The position numbers and the translations under genes are program-made. Source: Gammaproteobacteria bacterium (GTDB lineage: Bacteria > Pseudomonadota > Gammaproteobacteria > Arenicellales > JAANXG01). From it: 64,000 bases of DNA. Numbering within the stretch: position 1 is the first letter of the stretch; every line of letters begins with the position of its first letter. The notes beneath the pieces are model-generated. The model saw nothing but the letters and a program-made list of their open reading frames with translations. It was not told the DNA's origin and made no database searches. The stretch spans positions 12,196 to 76,195 of the forward strand of contig JAHEKE010000009.1 in NCBI GenBank assembly GCA_024638505.1, in the 5' to 3' direction. Positions 31,799-40,571 of the stretch are shown piece by piece.

Positions 31799-32632
31799 TC
31801 AATGCGACATGAGGACAGGAATCGTCATGTGTTCAAACAAGTGGCGGGTGACGCCGCCCAAGATTTTCTCCCGCAGGCGATTGTGTCCATAAGCGCCAGT
31901 GACCAGTAAATCCGCGGAGATATCCGCTGCATGGGACAGTAATACATCGCCGGCGGCAATTTGTTTGTTATGAATGACGTGTGATTCTATCTCAACACCG
32001 TGCCTGGCCAGATAAGCAGCGACGTCGGCACCCGGAATGTCGCCTTCGTTCAATTCATTGCTCTCAGGATTGATCAACAGTACTTCTACGCGCGTGGCAC
32101 GTTTTAATAGCGGCAGGGCATCCCTTACCGCGCGAGCGGACTCAATACTGCCATTCCAGGCTACCAGGATAGTGTCACTCAGCGTATCTTTCGGTCCGAT
32201 GTAAGGCACGATCAGGCACGGTGTGCCGCACTCCGTCACGACATGGTCTGCCACGTCGGCACTGGTGTCGCTCGGGTCGGTAGGGTCGGACTGTCCCAGG
32301 ACCAGTAAATCGCAGTAGCGTCCGTGCTCGTTCAAAATGCTTACCACCTCTCCTTCCACCGCGCGCCACTCAACCGCCATGCCGGCCTCCTGCACGATTG
32401 CGCTGCAGGTTTTTTCGGTCTCAGCCGCGCGCTCCCACATCGCCTCCCGTGCGGCTTCAATCACCTCCTGTCCAATGGAGGATTCCACGTAAACAGGGAC
32501 ATTGTAATGTGCCACGACATAGACTGCGATCAGGTGGGCGTTAAATTCTCTGCTTAGCTTTACGGCGGTTTTCAATCTGGTTTCAAAGGCCAGGCCATTG
32601 TCTGCATGCACCAGTATGGTCGCGATTGACAT
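31799..32632 (-). CDS. Universal stress protein, tandem UspA-domain type
   Basis: From ATG 32632 the protein begins MSIATILVHADN.... It has two Usp domains, and the second carries the ATP-binding-like motif GAYGHNRLREKILGGVT. The ORF-track start at 32713 would lie inside the promoter/FNR box. Confidence 0.85.
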   Translation of the reverse strand: MSIATILVHADNGLAFETRLKTAVKLSREFNAHLIAVYVVAHYNVPVYVESSIGQEVIEAAREAMWERAAETEKTCSAIVQEAGMAVEWRAVEGEVVSILNEHGRYCDLLVLGQSDPTDPSDTSADVADHVVTECGTPCLIVPYIGPKDTLSDTILVAWNGSIESARAVRDALPLLKRATRVEVLLINPESNELNEGDIPGADVAAYLARHGVEIESHVIHNKQIAAGDVLLSHAADISADLLVTGAYGHNRLREKILGGVTRHLFEHMTIPVLMSH

Positions 32633-32645
32633 TACAGCACCTATT

Positions 32646-32669
32646 ATTAAGTTTTTTATTAAGTTTTTT
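32646..32669. repeat. 12-bp perfect tandem duplication ATTAAGTTTTTT x2 in the usp leader
   Basis: Read directly at 32646-32657 and 32658-32669. It lies between the predicted usp -10 hexamer and the ATG. Confidence 0.7.
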
Positions 32670-32699
32670 GCATCATACTGGCCTTGGTGAAGTAGGTTG

Positions 32700-32713
32700 T
32701 TGATCCAAATCAA
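32700..32713. promoter_or_regulatory. Perfect FNR-consensus box TTGAT-ccaa-ATCAA upstream of usp
   Basis: All 10 positions match the consensus. The centre is 74 nt upstream of the usp ATG at 32632. A TATGAT hexamer (minus strand, 32677-32672) is centred exactly 32 bp downstream, which is class II FNR-promoter geometry. Confidence 0.6.
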
Positions 32714-32935
32714 TCCCGCGAGGTGACGCTGATCTGTTGATAGCCATAACGCTTTTCACCTAATATGATTTGATCAAAGACGAAGCTGATAAAACATGGA
32801 TCAAACACAAACGCTCAAAACAATATGTCACCATTGGCAAAGCGAGCAGTGCATTAGCGGACGAGGGTTGGAATCTTTGCCTATGGTCCAGCAATGCGAC
32901 CGCGCACAAACCACGGCTGCGGATTGGTGAGCGCG

Positions 32936-33349
32936 ATGAATCCGGCCTTAAGCCTGCGTAATTCCTGCCTTTTGATTTGTTGTCTTTGCCTCTTCTCCAT
33001 CTGGGCATGGGCTCAGCCCTCGGGGGACATCATTCAGCAGATTGAAAACTCCACGCCCCTGGAGCGGGCGCTGGCGCAGGCTGAAGTGTTGACCGACGTG
33101 CTGGGGCTGAGCCCGGAGCAGACCGAGAAGCTGATAAAGATCAATCTTAAATATTCAAATCGAGTACAACGATTGATCGAAAAAGGTGTCGAAGATACTG
33201 TTATGCTCATCAGCGCGCAGGAATTTGCTCAGGAAAAAGACGAAGAAATCAAGAATTTGTTAACAAAAGAGCAGCTGCGTCGTTACGAGAGACATAAGGC
33301 GAAGCTCAGAAAAATCGTCAGGGACGTGATACAAGAACGCAATCGGTAG
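32936..33349 (+). CDS. Small secreted helical protein with LTxxQ-like motifs (Spy/CpxP-like?)
   Basis: From ATG 32936 the protein begins MNPALSLRNSCLLICCLCLFSIWAWA|QP, a signal peptide. The remainder is charged and helical, with LSPEQTEKL and LTKEQLRRY motifs. Confidence 0.6.
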   Translation: MNPALSLRNSCLLICCLCLFSIWAWAQPSGDIIQQIENSTPLERALAQAEVLTDVLGLSPEQTEKLIKINLKYSNRVQRLIEKGVEDTVMLISAQEFAQEKDEEIKNLLTKEQLRRYERHKAKLRKIVRDVIQERNR

Positions 33350-33358
33350 GCGGGTAAG

Positions 33359-34231
33359 ATGACGATACGGCTAGGGCATCCTGTGTGCGCCGCACGTGTT
33401 TTGGCGGCGGCTGTGCTGTATTGTCTTAGCCTTTCCGCGCCGGCGACGACGGTGGGCGATCTGCAGGCGGCCCGGGATAACCTGGGCGCTGCGCGCGCCG
33501 CGCTGGCCAGCGCGGCGGGGGAGTTTACCACTTTGCTCGCCGACAATAGCCTTAGCCAGACCGAGAAAAAGGATTTCCTGTTTTATCTGGACCGGCTAAA
33601 GCAGGTGGTGCAGGAGAAATGCCGAGAGGTGCTGACTGTAAAAGCAGCGCTTGAGGACAATACGCCAGAGCGGGGATGCAACCAAGTCGTCATGTCACCG
33701 CCTGAGGTTTCATTCCCCAGCGAGCAAACCGAGGACGAACGAGTGGCCGCACTCGAAAATCAGCTTAGATCCTCCATGTCAGAATTCGACGAGCTATTGT
33801 TACGTCAGATGGAGGAGCTAGAGCGCCAGCGGTCCACGGCGTCTAGTGGATCGGCCGGAACGGATGCGGCGGAAGACGGCGGCCAGCAGGGCGGTACGAG
33901 CGGCGGAGCGGGAGAGAAACCGGCGCAAGATGAGTCTGCGCAGGAGGGTACGAAGGAGGAAGGCGGCGGCGAAGCGCAAGGCCAGCAGCAGACTGCGGCT
34001 AGAGACGCACCGGGGGAACAGCAGCAAGGTGGAACCCGCGGTGGTCAGAGTAAGGAACAGGCCGGTAGCGCGGTCAGGCGAGATGATCCTCCTGCTGCGG
34101 GAGATGACGATATTGTGGCGCGGCAGCTGCGGGAGGCGGCCGAAAACGAGGCCGATCCGGAGCTACGCGAGAAGCTGTGGGAAGAGTATCGACGTTACAA
34201 AGAGGATAATGCGGTATCCAAGTCCAATTGA
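33359..34231 (+). CDS. Secreted protein with acidic Gly/Gln/Glu-rich disordered region
   Basis: 290 aa. It has a signal peptide (...LYCLSLSAPA) and a helical N-terminal half. A low-complexity region of about 80 aa (SGSAGTDAAEDGGQQGGTSGGAGEKPAQDE...) follows, then a conserved-looking tail DDDIVARQLREAAENEADPELREKLWEEYRRYK. Confidence 0.6.
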   Translation: MTIRLGHPVCAARVLAAAVLYCLSLSAPATTVGDLQAARDNLGAARAALASAAGEFTTLLADNSLSQTEKKDFLFYLDRLKQVVQEKCREVLTVKAALEDNTPERGCNQVVMSPPEVSFPSEQTEDERVAALENQLRSSMSEFDELLLRQMEELERQRSTASSGSAGTDAAEDGGQQGGTSGGAGEKPAQDESAQEGTKEEGGGEAQGQQQTAARDAPGEQQQGGTRGGQSKEQAGSAVRRDDPPAAGDDDIVARQLREAAENEADPELREKLWEEYRRYKEDNAVSKSN

Positions 34232-34239
34232 TTAATGCG

Positions 34240-35547
34240 ATGAACTGCTGCTTGAGATTGCGCTTTAGATTACTCTGCTTGTTGGCTATCTTATTGACCG
34301 CCTGTCAGACGCTGCCACCGGCAACAACGCTGGATACGCCGATCAACAACGCGCAAACGGAGGTTGCAGAAGACGAACTGCTTGATGTGGGTATCCACGT
34401 TCTAGCGCAAGGCCCGATCAGCGATGATGCCAGGGAGAGGGGCATAAACGAGGATGTGCGCGGGGCAGAGGGGCGCTTCATGGCGGTGCACTTGCGCAAA
34501 ACCATCCAGCAAACGGGCCACTGGGGCGCAGTGCGCGTAATCCCAGCGCAAACGGAGGCCGTGGAAGTGGTGGTTAATGGAGAAATCGAGAAGTCTGACG
34601 GTGAATTCCTCACTCTCCGAATCGAGGCGGTTGACGCTACCGGCGTGACTTGGTTTAGTAAAGTTTATGAGAAAAGGGTGCCACCGTCGGCTTACAACGG
34701 AATGAAAGAAGAAGAGATTTTTCAGGATGTGTACAACCGCATAGCAAATGATTTACATCTGTCTAAATCGAAACTCTCTGCTTCGGAAATCGAAAAAATA
34801 CGTCGCGTGGCTGCCCTGCGCTTCGCTAGCTCCCTGGCGCCAGACGCGTTCAGTGACTATCTCGGCTCGGATGGAGGAATGTACAACGTTCAGCGTTTGC
34901 CCGCGGCTGAAGACCCCATGTTCGATCGGGTGTTGCGCATTCGCGAACGCGAATATCTGATGGTTGATGTAATCAACGGGTACTACGACAATCTTTATGC
35001 AGAGATGGAAACACCCTATTTTGACTGGCGTCGGCTCAGCGTTGAAGAGGCAGCGGCCTTGCAGGAGTTAAAGCGCAAAAGTACGCAGCGGTATCTGCTG
35101 GGCAGCGCCTTGATTCTGGGTGCCATTGCGGTTGAAGTGCTGGGTGGTGATAGCAATACTTCGACCTTGCGAGACGTAATGGTAATAGGCGGTGCGACTG
35201 CGGTAAAAAGCGGCGTAGATTTGGGTGCGCAGAAGAAGATGCACAAAGAGGCCATCCGCGAAATGGGCGAATCGTTTCAAGCGGAAGTGTCGCCAATGAT
35301 CGTAGACATCGAGGGCCAGACGACGGAGTTAACCGGGTCGGCAGAAGAGCAGTTCATCAAATGGCGAGAGCTGCTGCGGCAGATCTACCAATCGGAGACT
35401 GGTCTCCCGGTGCCGACGATCCGCGGCGAAGAGCTACCGCAACCTGAAGCAGAACCAGAACCCGCACCAAGTCCTCTGCCCCGAGCCGATGAGACGATCT
35501 CGCTGGTTCCATTCACTACTGCATCCAAGCATTCCGTTCAGGCATAA
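34240..35547 (+). CDS. Putative lipoprotein, unknown function
   Basis: ATG 34240 lies 8 nt after the upstream stop. The lipobox is LLAILLTAC|Q. About 435 aa, with an internal hydrophobic segment (YLLGSALILGAIAVEVLGG) and a Pro/Glu-rich tail. A TTG at 34228 is an alternative start. Confidence 0.6.
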   Translation: MNCCLRLRFRLLCLLAILLTACQTLPPATTLDTPINNAQTEVAEDELLDVGIHVLAQGPISDDARERGINEDVRGAEGRFMAVHLRKTIQQTGHWGAVRVIPAQTEAVEVVVNGEIEKSDGEFLTLRIEAVDATGVTWFSKVYEKRVPPSAYNGMKEEEIFQDVYNRIANDLHLSKSKLSASEIEKIRRVAALRFASSLAPDAFSDYLGSDGGMYNVQRLPAAEDPMFDRVLRIREREYLMVDVINGYYDNLYAEMETPYFDWRRLSVEEAAALQELKRKSTQRYLLGSALILGAIAVEVLGGDSNTSTLRDVMVIGGATAVKSGVDLGAQKKMHKEAIREMGESFQAEVSPMIVDIEGQTTELTGSAEEQFIKWRELLRQIYQSETGLPVPTIRGEELPQPEAEPEPAPSPLPRADETISLVPFTTASKHSVQA

Positions 35548-35652
35548 ATCGGAAATTGCGTTGTTTTAACGAAACGGACTTTGGCGTTTGCAGTCTGTGG
35601 CATTTTTGCCCTCCGCAATTGCCTGCATAATCAAACGTGAGAGCGGCTGTAT

Positions 35653-37134
35653 ATGATCGGAGATCAAAGCGCTACGGCAGGTGGGCACACGTCTTCAGGG
35701 CCGAAACCGCCTGAAGCAAAATCAACTTCCAACCTCGCCGTCCGCATCACTTTGCTGATAGCGCTGGTTGTTCTGGTGCTGGTAATGATTAGCGTGATCT
35801 GGGTTTTACCGCGTTATATCGACGAAGCCACTGTTCCGCTGGTCGAAGCACCAACCGCTCAAATCAGATCCACTGCGCCGCCGCCAACAGAAGCGCAAAC
35901 TCTCCTGGCCAGAGAGAAGCGTCAAGCAGAGCGGGCGCTGGGAGAATTTCTGCAAAGACAGGCATTGTGGGAAGGAAAAGAGATCGCGACATGGGGAGGT
36001 GAGCAATACGAACAAGTGTTGCGCACCCTTGCCGCAGCGGACGCCGCCTTCGCCAATGGTGACTTTGAGCTGGCTAAAACTAAATACACTACGGCCAGCG
36101 CGATGTTAAGCGAGCTCGAAGCTTCCAGACCCGAGCGCCTGCAGGCAAGTCTGCAGGCCGCTGCGACGGCGCTTACAGACTTCGACGCGGCTAAGGTACA
36201 GCACCATTATCAAATAGCGCTCGCGCTGGAACCACAGAATGAAGAGGCGCTAAAGGGTTTGAAACGTGCTGCCACTCTGCCACAACTCGCGGCACTGCTT
36301 GCTCAGGCGGGGGAGGCGGAGCGGCTGAGTGACTGGCCTGCCGCGCAAGAATTCTATGAGCAGGCTGTTACCCTGGATCCGCAATCAAACGAGGCTCGCC
36401 AGGGCTTGGCACAGGTCAGCGCCCAGCTCGAGGATGTACGCTTTCGTACGCTAATGTCTAATGCCCTGGCGGCGACGCAAAATGGGCAGTTTGAGTCAGC
36501 GCGTGAGGCATTGTCTGATGCGGGTAAGCTTAGGCCGGATGCGCCGGATGTGCGCGACGCTGAACAGCGTCTGCGCTTAGCCATCCAGCAGTCCAGAATT
36601 TCTGCTCATCGACGCCGCGCTGAGACTTTTGTACAGCAGGAGCGCTGGCAAGAGGCGGCAGAAGAATATGATGCGGCACTGGCCATCGATGCCCAGGCGC
36701 AGTTTGCACTACACGGTCGCAGGCACAGTAAAAATCTGGCAGCGCTGCATGGTCAGCTAGGCCAATACCTCATGCAGCCGGAACGCTTACATTCAGTGGA
36801 GCCTCGCGCTAACGCTCGAGCGCTTCTCCAGACGCTGCGGGGAATGGCAGATAAAGGGCCCCGGCTTGCGCAAAAGGAGCAAGATCTGGAGAGAATAATG
36901 GAATTAGCGGAAACCCCGGTTATGGTGCAGCTGCTGTCAGATGAAGAAACTGAGGTGCGCATAGATCGCGTCGGCGAGCTCGGACGCTTCAAGCAATCAA
37001 CCGTTGCGCTGCTGCCAGGAAACTATGTCGTTCGAGGCAACCGGGTAGGTTATCGGGACGTACGACTTGAACTGGTTGTGCAACCAGGAGCGACCGCATC
37101 ACCCCTGGTTGTAAAGTGTAGGGAAAAGATTTGA
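35653..37134 (+). CDS. Membrane-anchored TPR-repeat protein with C-terminal PEGA-like beta module
   Basis: 493 aa with one N-terminal TM helix (ITLLIALVVLVLVMISVIWVL). Repeated TPR-like units follow (...YQIALALEPQNEEALKGL..., ...YEQAVTLDPQSNEARQGL..., ...YDAALAIDAQAQFAL...). The C-terminal ...LLPGNYVVRGNRVGYRDVRLELVV resembles a PEGA module. Confidence 0.7.
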   Translation: MIGDQSATAGGHTSSGPKPPEAKSTSNLAVRITLLIALVVLVLVMISVIWVLPRYIDEATVPLVEAPTAQIRSTAPPPTEAQTLLAREKRQAERALGEFLQRQALWEGKEIATWGGEQYEQVLRTLAAADAAFANGDFELAKTKYTTASAMLSELEASRPERLQASLQAAATALTDFDAAKVQHHYQIALALEPQNEEALKGLKRAATLPQLAALLAQAGEAERLSDWPAAQEFYEQAVTLDPQSNEARQGLAQVSAQLEDVRFRTLMSNALAATQNGQFESAREALSDAGKLRPDAPDVRDAEQRLRLAIQQSRISAHRRRAETFVQQERWQEAAEEYDAALAIDAQAQFALHGRRHSKNLAALHGQLGQYLMQPERLHSVEPRANARALLQTLRGMADKGPRLAQKEQDLERIMELAETPVMVQLLSDEETEVRIDRVGELGRFKQSTVALLPGNYVVRGNRVGYRDVRLELVVQPGATASPLVVKCREKI

Positions 37135-39470
37135 ATTCAATAACGGTGATTACCGACGACGGTCAGGCTACGCGCTGCGCCGAATCGGAGTTCATAGTAA
37201 TTGGCGGCAGTACAGCCAGGGTTTCGCTGCCGGGGGATTCGAGCAGTAATGAATACGCTTATATTGAGAATCGTCAGGGTCACCCGTGGCTGGTACCTTT
37301 AATCCCAACCATTACCGCGCAGATAAACGGAAAAATAATTACGCAGGCAAGCCCGCTTAGAGACGGGGATGTGGTAACCGTTGGTGAGGCCGCTTTCTCA
37401 ATCAGTACGGCACCGCAGTTACTTACAATCACAACCATCGATGCCCAGCGATCGCTGCCGGAGGTGGCGGCAAGCAGTGCTGCGTCCGCTGGAAGAATGC
37501 GCCTGTTCAAGCTGGCGCTGTATGCGACATTCTTGCTCCTTGTTATGGTCGTATTGTTTGTATTCTTCGCAACCCCTGTTTCACTGGTGATCACACCAGA
37601 TCCCGAGAGCACGCAGTTTAGGGGTTTTCCTCCTCCGGTCAGGGTGAAGGATCGATACCTGGTTTTGCCCGGACAGTATGAGGTGCGTGCGTCGAAAAAC
37701 GGCTATGAGTCGTTAAAGGTAACGGTGTCCGTTACGCGTGGCGACTTCCAGGAGCTGAGTTATGCGCTGCAAAAGCTGCCGGGCCGAGTTAGCATATATT
37801 CACAACCGGCAGACGCTGTCGTCACGCTGGATGGTCGAACTATCGGGTTGACTCCCCTGGTGCACAGCAAGATTCCAGCCGGACGCCACGAGGTAATCGT
37901 ATCTGCTCCGCGCTACCAGGCGCAGCAGCTGGACTTGAATGTGGAGGGTCTGGATAGAGAGCAGATTATCCGCATTGATCTTGCCCCAGATTGGGCGCCA
38001 GTGACGGTTCGTTCACAGCCTGCAGGTGCGGATATCTTTATCGATGGTGAACGACTTGGTGTATCACCCTTAACGACGGAACTTTTGTCCGGCAAACACG
38101 TTGTATCGATCGAACTCGAGCGACATCTGCCGGAAAAGGTAGAGGTGGAAGTCGAGGCAGGCATGGCTCTGGTTTTACCGGCGGTTGCGCTTACGCCTAC
38201 ACCCGGCAGGTTAAGGATAACCAGCAAACCGGCGGATGCAACGGTTACCCTTGATGGCACTTACCAGGGTAGTACGCCGCTTGATTTGACGCTGACTCCA
38301 GATGTGGATCACGCCATTACGCTGACCAAAGCCGGTTATGTTGAGAAGAAGCGCACGGTCAACATGAAGGCGGCAGCGGAAGAAACGATAATGGTAGACT
38401 TACAGGCGGAGTATGGCGTGATATTCATTGCCAGTGATCCGGTTGACGCAACGCTGTATGTGGACGGTGAACAGCGCGGAAGTGCGAGTCAGCGACTGCG
38501 CCTGACAACGCGCCCGCACACGCTGGAGTTCCGTAAACCTGGGTATAAGACGTACCGCACGACGCTTACTCCCCGAGCGGGCGTGAGCAAGGAACTTTCT
38601 GTCAACTTGTTGCCGGATAGCGCAAATGTCGGATCACCGGCTGGATCCGATAGGATTCGAACCGCCGAGGGTCAGGAGTTAAAGCTGGTCACACCCGGCC
38701 AATTTACCATGGGTGCGTCAAGACGGGAGCAGGGACGCCGTGCCAATGAAAATCTGCGCCGCATAGAACTTACCCGTCACTACTATATGGGGACGAAGGA
38801 GGTTACGAACGCAGAGTTCCGTCGGTTTAAACCGGGGCATAGTTCTGGCGCCGCTTATGGCCGCAGCCTAGATCTGGATAATCAGCCGGTGGTGAACGTG
38901 AGCTGGGAAGACGCCGTTGCCTATTTGAATTGGCTCAGTAAAAGAGAAGGTTTGCCGGTTGTTTACCAGCAGCGTGGTGATAAATGGGAGGCAGTCTCCC
39001 CTCTTGGCCCGGGTTATCGATTACCCACGGAGGCAGAATGGGCGAATGCCGCGCGTTTTTCGGGAGCGGAACCCAGGAAGTATGCCTGGAATGGCTCCTA
39101 TCCACCGCGTGAAAGCACGGAGAACTTCGGCGACCAATCTGCGGCTGGCTTGCTTCCATACACTCTGGCGTCATACAGCGACGGTTTTGCTGTCAGTGCG
39201 CCGGTGGGCAGCTTTGCACCGAATGAATCCGGGTTCTATGATCTGGGTGGTAACGTGGCAGAATGGATGCACGATTATTATGAAATACAACCCGCTCAGA
39301 CCAATGCGCTGGCGAAAGATCCGGTCGGACTCACATCAGGCAGGCATCACGTAATACGCGGTGCGGGGTGGAAAGACTCCACTATCAGCGAGCTGCGGTT
39401 AAGTTTTCGTGACTACGCGGATGGTCCACGCGATGACCTAGGTTTCAGGATTGCTCGTTATGCGGATTAG
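37131..39470 (+). CDS. FHA - TM - PEGA-repeat array - FGE/sulfatase-modifying-factor-fold protein (cysteine-free, probably non-catalytic)
   Basis: 779 aa, overlapping the upstream gene by 4 nt. Residues 1-95 are FHA-like (FIVIGGSTARVSL...INGKII...LRDGDVVTVGEAAFSI). Residues 124-148 form a TM helix. Four clear PEGA units plus one degenerate unit follow (SQPADAVVTLDGRTIGLTPL, SQPAGADIFIDGERLGVSPL, SKPADATVTLDGTYQGSTPL, SDPVDATLYVDGEQRGSAS). The C-terminal roughly 265 aa carry FGE-sulfatase-family motifs: GYRLPTEAEWANAAR, DLGGNVAEWMHDYY, RGAGW and GFRIAR. Confidence 0.8.
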   Translation: MNSITVITDDGQATRCAESEFIVIGGSTARVSLPGDSSSNEYAYIENRQGHPWLVPLIPTITAQINGKIITQASPLRDGDVVTVGEAAFSISTAPQLLTITTIDAQRSLPEVAASSAASAGRMRLFKLALYATFLLLVMVVLFVFFATPVSLVITPDPESTQFRGFPPPVRVKDRYLVLPGQYEVRASKNGYESLKVTVSVTRGDFQELSYALQKLPGRVSIYSQPADAVVTLDGRTIGLTPLVHSKIPAGRHEVIVSAPRYQAQQLDLNVEGLDREQIIRIDLAPDWAPVTVRSQPAGADIFIDGERLGVSPLTTELLSGKHVVSIELERHLPEKVEVEVEAGMALVLPAVALTPTPGRLRITSKPADATVTLDGTYQGSTPLDLTLTPDVDHAITLTKAGYVEKKRTVNMKAAAEETIMVDLQAEYGVIFIASDPVDATLYVDGEQRGSASQRLRLTTRPHTLEFRKPGYKTYRTTLTPRAGVSKELSVNLLPDSANVGSPAGSDRIRTAEGQELKLVTPGQFTMGASRREQGRRANENLRRIELTRHYYMGTKEVTNAEFRRFKPGHSSGAAYGRSLDLDNQPVVNVSWEDAVAYLNWLSKREGLPVVYQQRGDKWEAVSPLGPGYRLPTEAEWANAARFSGAEPRKYAWNGSYPPRESTENFGDQSAAGLLPYTLASYSDGFAVSAPVGSFAPNESGFYDLGGNVAEWMHDYYEIQPAQTNALAKDPVGLTSGRHHVIRGAGWKDSTISELRLSFRDYADGPRDDLGFRIARYAD

Positions 39471-39666
39471 CTTATTACTCGCGGTGCTTATGCTTTTCCT
39501 GACCGCGGGCGCGATAGGTCAAGAGAAAAGCACGGGCGATGTCAGCGCGGACGCACCAGGCGAAAACCAGGAGCAGAGAGTCGAGACCAAAGACATACCC
39601 TCTCAGTTTGTCCCCAAAGAAAAAATTTCACCTGATCAAGTAATTTCTTTTCCCGCTGATATATAG
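39460..39666 (+). CDS. Small secreted protein (68 aa)
   Basis: ATG 39460 overlaps the upstream stop by 11 nt. The signal peptide is MRISLLLAVLMLFLTAGAIG|Q, and the mature part is acidic and polar. No motif is recognised. Confidence 0.5.
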   Translation: MRISLLLAVLMLFLTAGAIGQEKSTGDVSADAPGENQEQRVETKDIPSQFVPKEKISPDQVISFPADI

Positions 39667-39682
39667 GTTAACAACAAGCGTT

Positions 39683-40504
39683 ATGAACAAAGCCATTCCC
39701 GTTGAATTTTTCTACCAGGTTTTTTCTCTGCTGATCGCCATAATTATCGTGCACGCGGTATACGTAGCGGTTATCCGGCCTAATGCTGATGCCTTTATTG
39801 AGCATGAAGTGGCACAGATGAAAGCCGATCCTGAGTACGTACAGAGACGGTCGATTTTCGTTGTGATCCGCGATTTTGAGCAGGAAGCCTGCTTTGTTTT
39901 AGCGCTGTGGGCATTCAGCATCATGGGTTATAAAGGTGTCACAACTTATCGTGAGCGCAAGCTGCTTGATAGTGATCCTCTGGGCGGCAATAGTGACAGG
40001 TCGGGTGGCGGATTGAATATTGCCGGGCTAGCAAAGCGCCTGGATACACTGCCACGCCGCGCACGGGAAATGCTGCTGCCGAGGGCACTGGACGCGGCGC
40101 TGTCACGATTCTCTGCAACAGGAAGTGTGCACGATGCATCTGCAGCGGCAAGAGAGATCTCGCAAACCGAGGCCGAACGACTTGAATCTGAGCTATCCAT
40201 CATACGCTACATTGCATGGGCCATCCCCTCTATAGGATTCATCGGCACCGTTCGGGGTATTAGTGACGCGCTGGCGCAGGCTCATCGCGCAGTAGAAGGG
40301 GACATCACGGGAGTCACGCAGAGTCTGGGCGTTGCATTCAACTCTACATTCGTCGCGCTGGCGATCAGCATTGTCGTTATGTTCTTTGTGCACCAGTTGC
40401 AGTTAGCGCAGGAGCGAGTGGTGTTAGACACGGAAACTTATTGTGACCGCAACCTGATTCGTCAGCTGACGAAAACCGGGAGCAAAGCCTCGCTCGATCC
40501 GTAG
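39683..40504 (+). CDS. MotA/TolQ/ExbB-family proton-channel protein
   Basis: 273 aa. The C-terminal region IAWAIPSIGFIGTVRGISDALAQ...GVAFNSTFVALAISIVVMFFV matches the MotA_ExbB channel core (...P.lGllGTV.G...AL.tT..Gl...). N-terminal TM helices are separated by a cytoplasmic insert of about 100 aa. Confidence 0.8.
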   Translation: MNKAIPVEFFYQVFSLLIAIIIVHAVYVAVIRPNADAFIEHEVAQMKADPEYVQRRSIFVVIRDFEQEACFVLALWAFSIMGYKGVTTYRERKLLDSDPLGGNSDRSGGGLNIAGLAKRLDTLPRRAREMLLPRALDAALSRFSATGSVHDASAAAREISQTEAERLESELSIIRYIAWAIPSIGFIGTVRGISDALAQAHRAVEGDITGVTQSLGVAFNSTFVALAISIVVMFFVHQLQLAQERVVLDTETYCDRNLIRQLTKTGSKASLDP

Positions 40505-40571
40505 ATATGTCAACAAGTCTATTGCAAGTGAAAATCTATCCAGGGATGCGCAGAATAGCGGCTTGCTTACC

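Noticed and set aside
33846-34235. 129-aa Arg/Lys-rich alternative-frame ORF
   Set aside because: It overlaps the low-complexity region of the 33359-34231 gene in another frame. That gene has a signal peptide and a structured N-terminus, so it is the better model.
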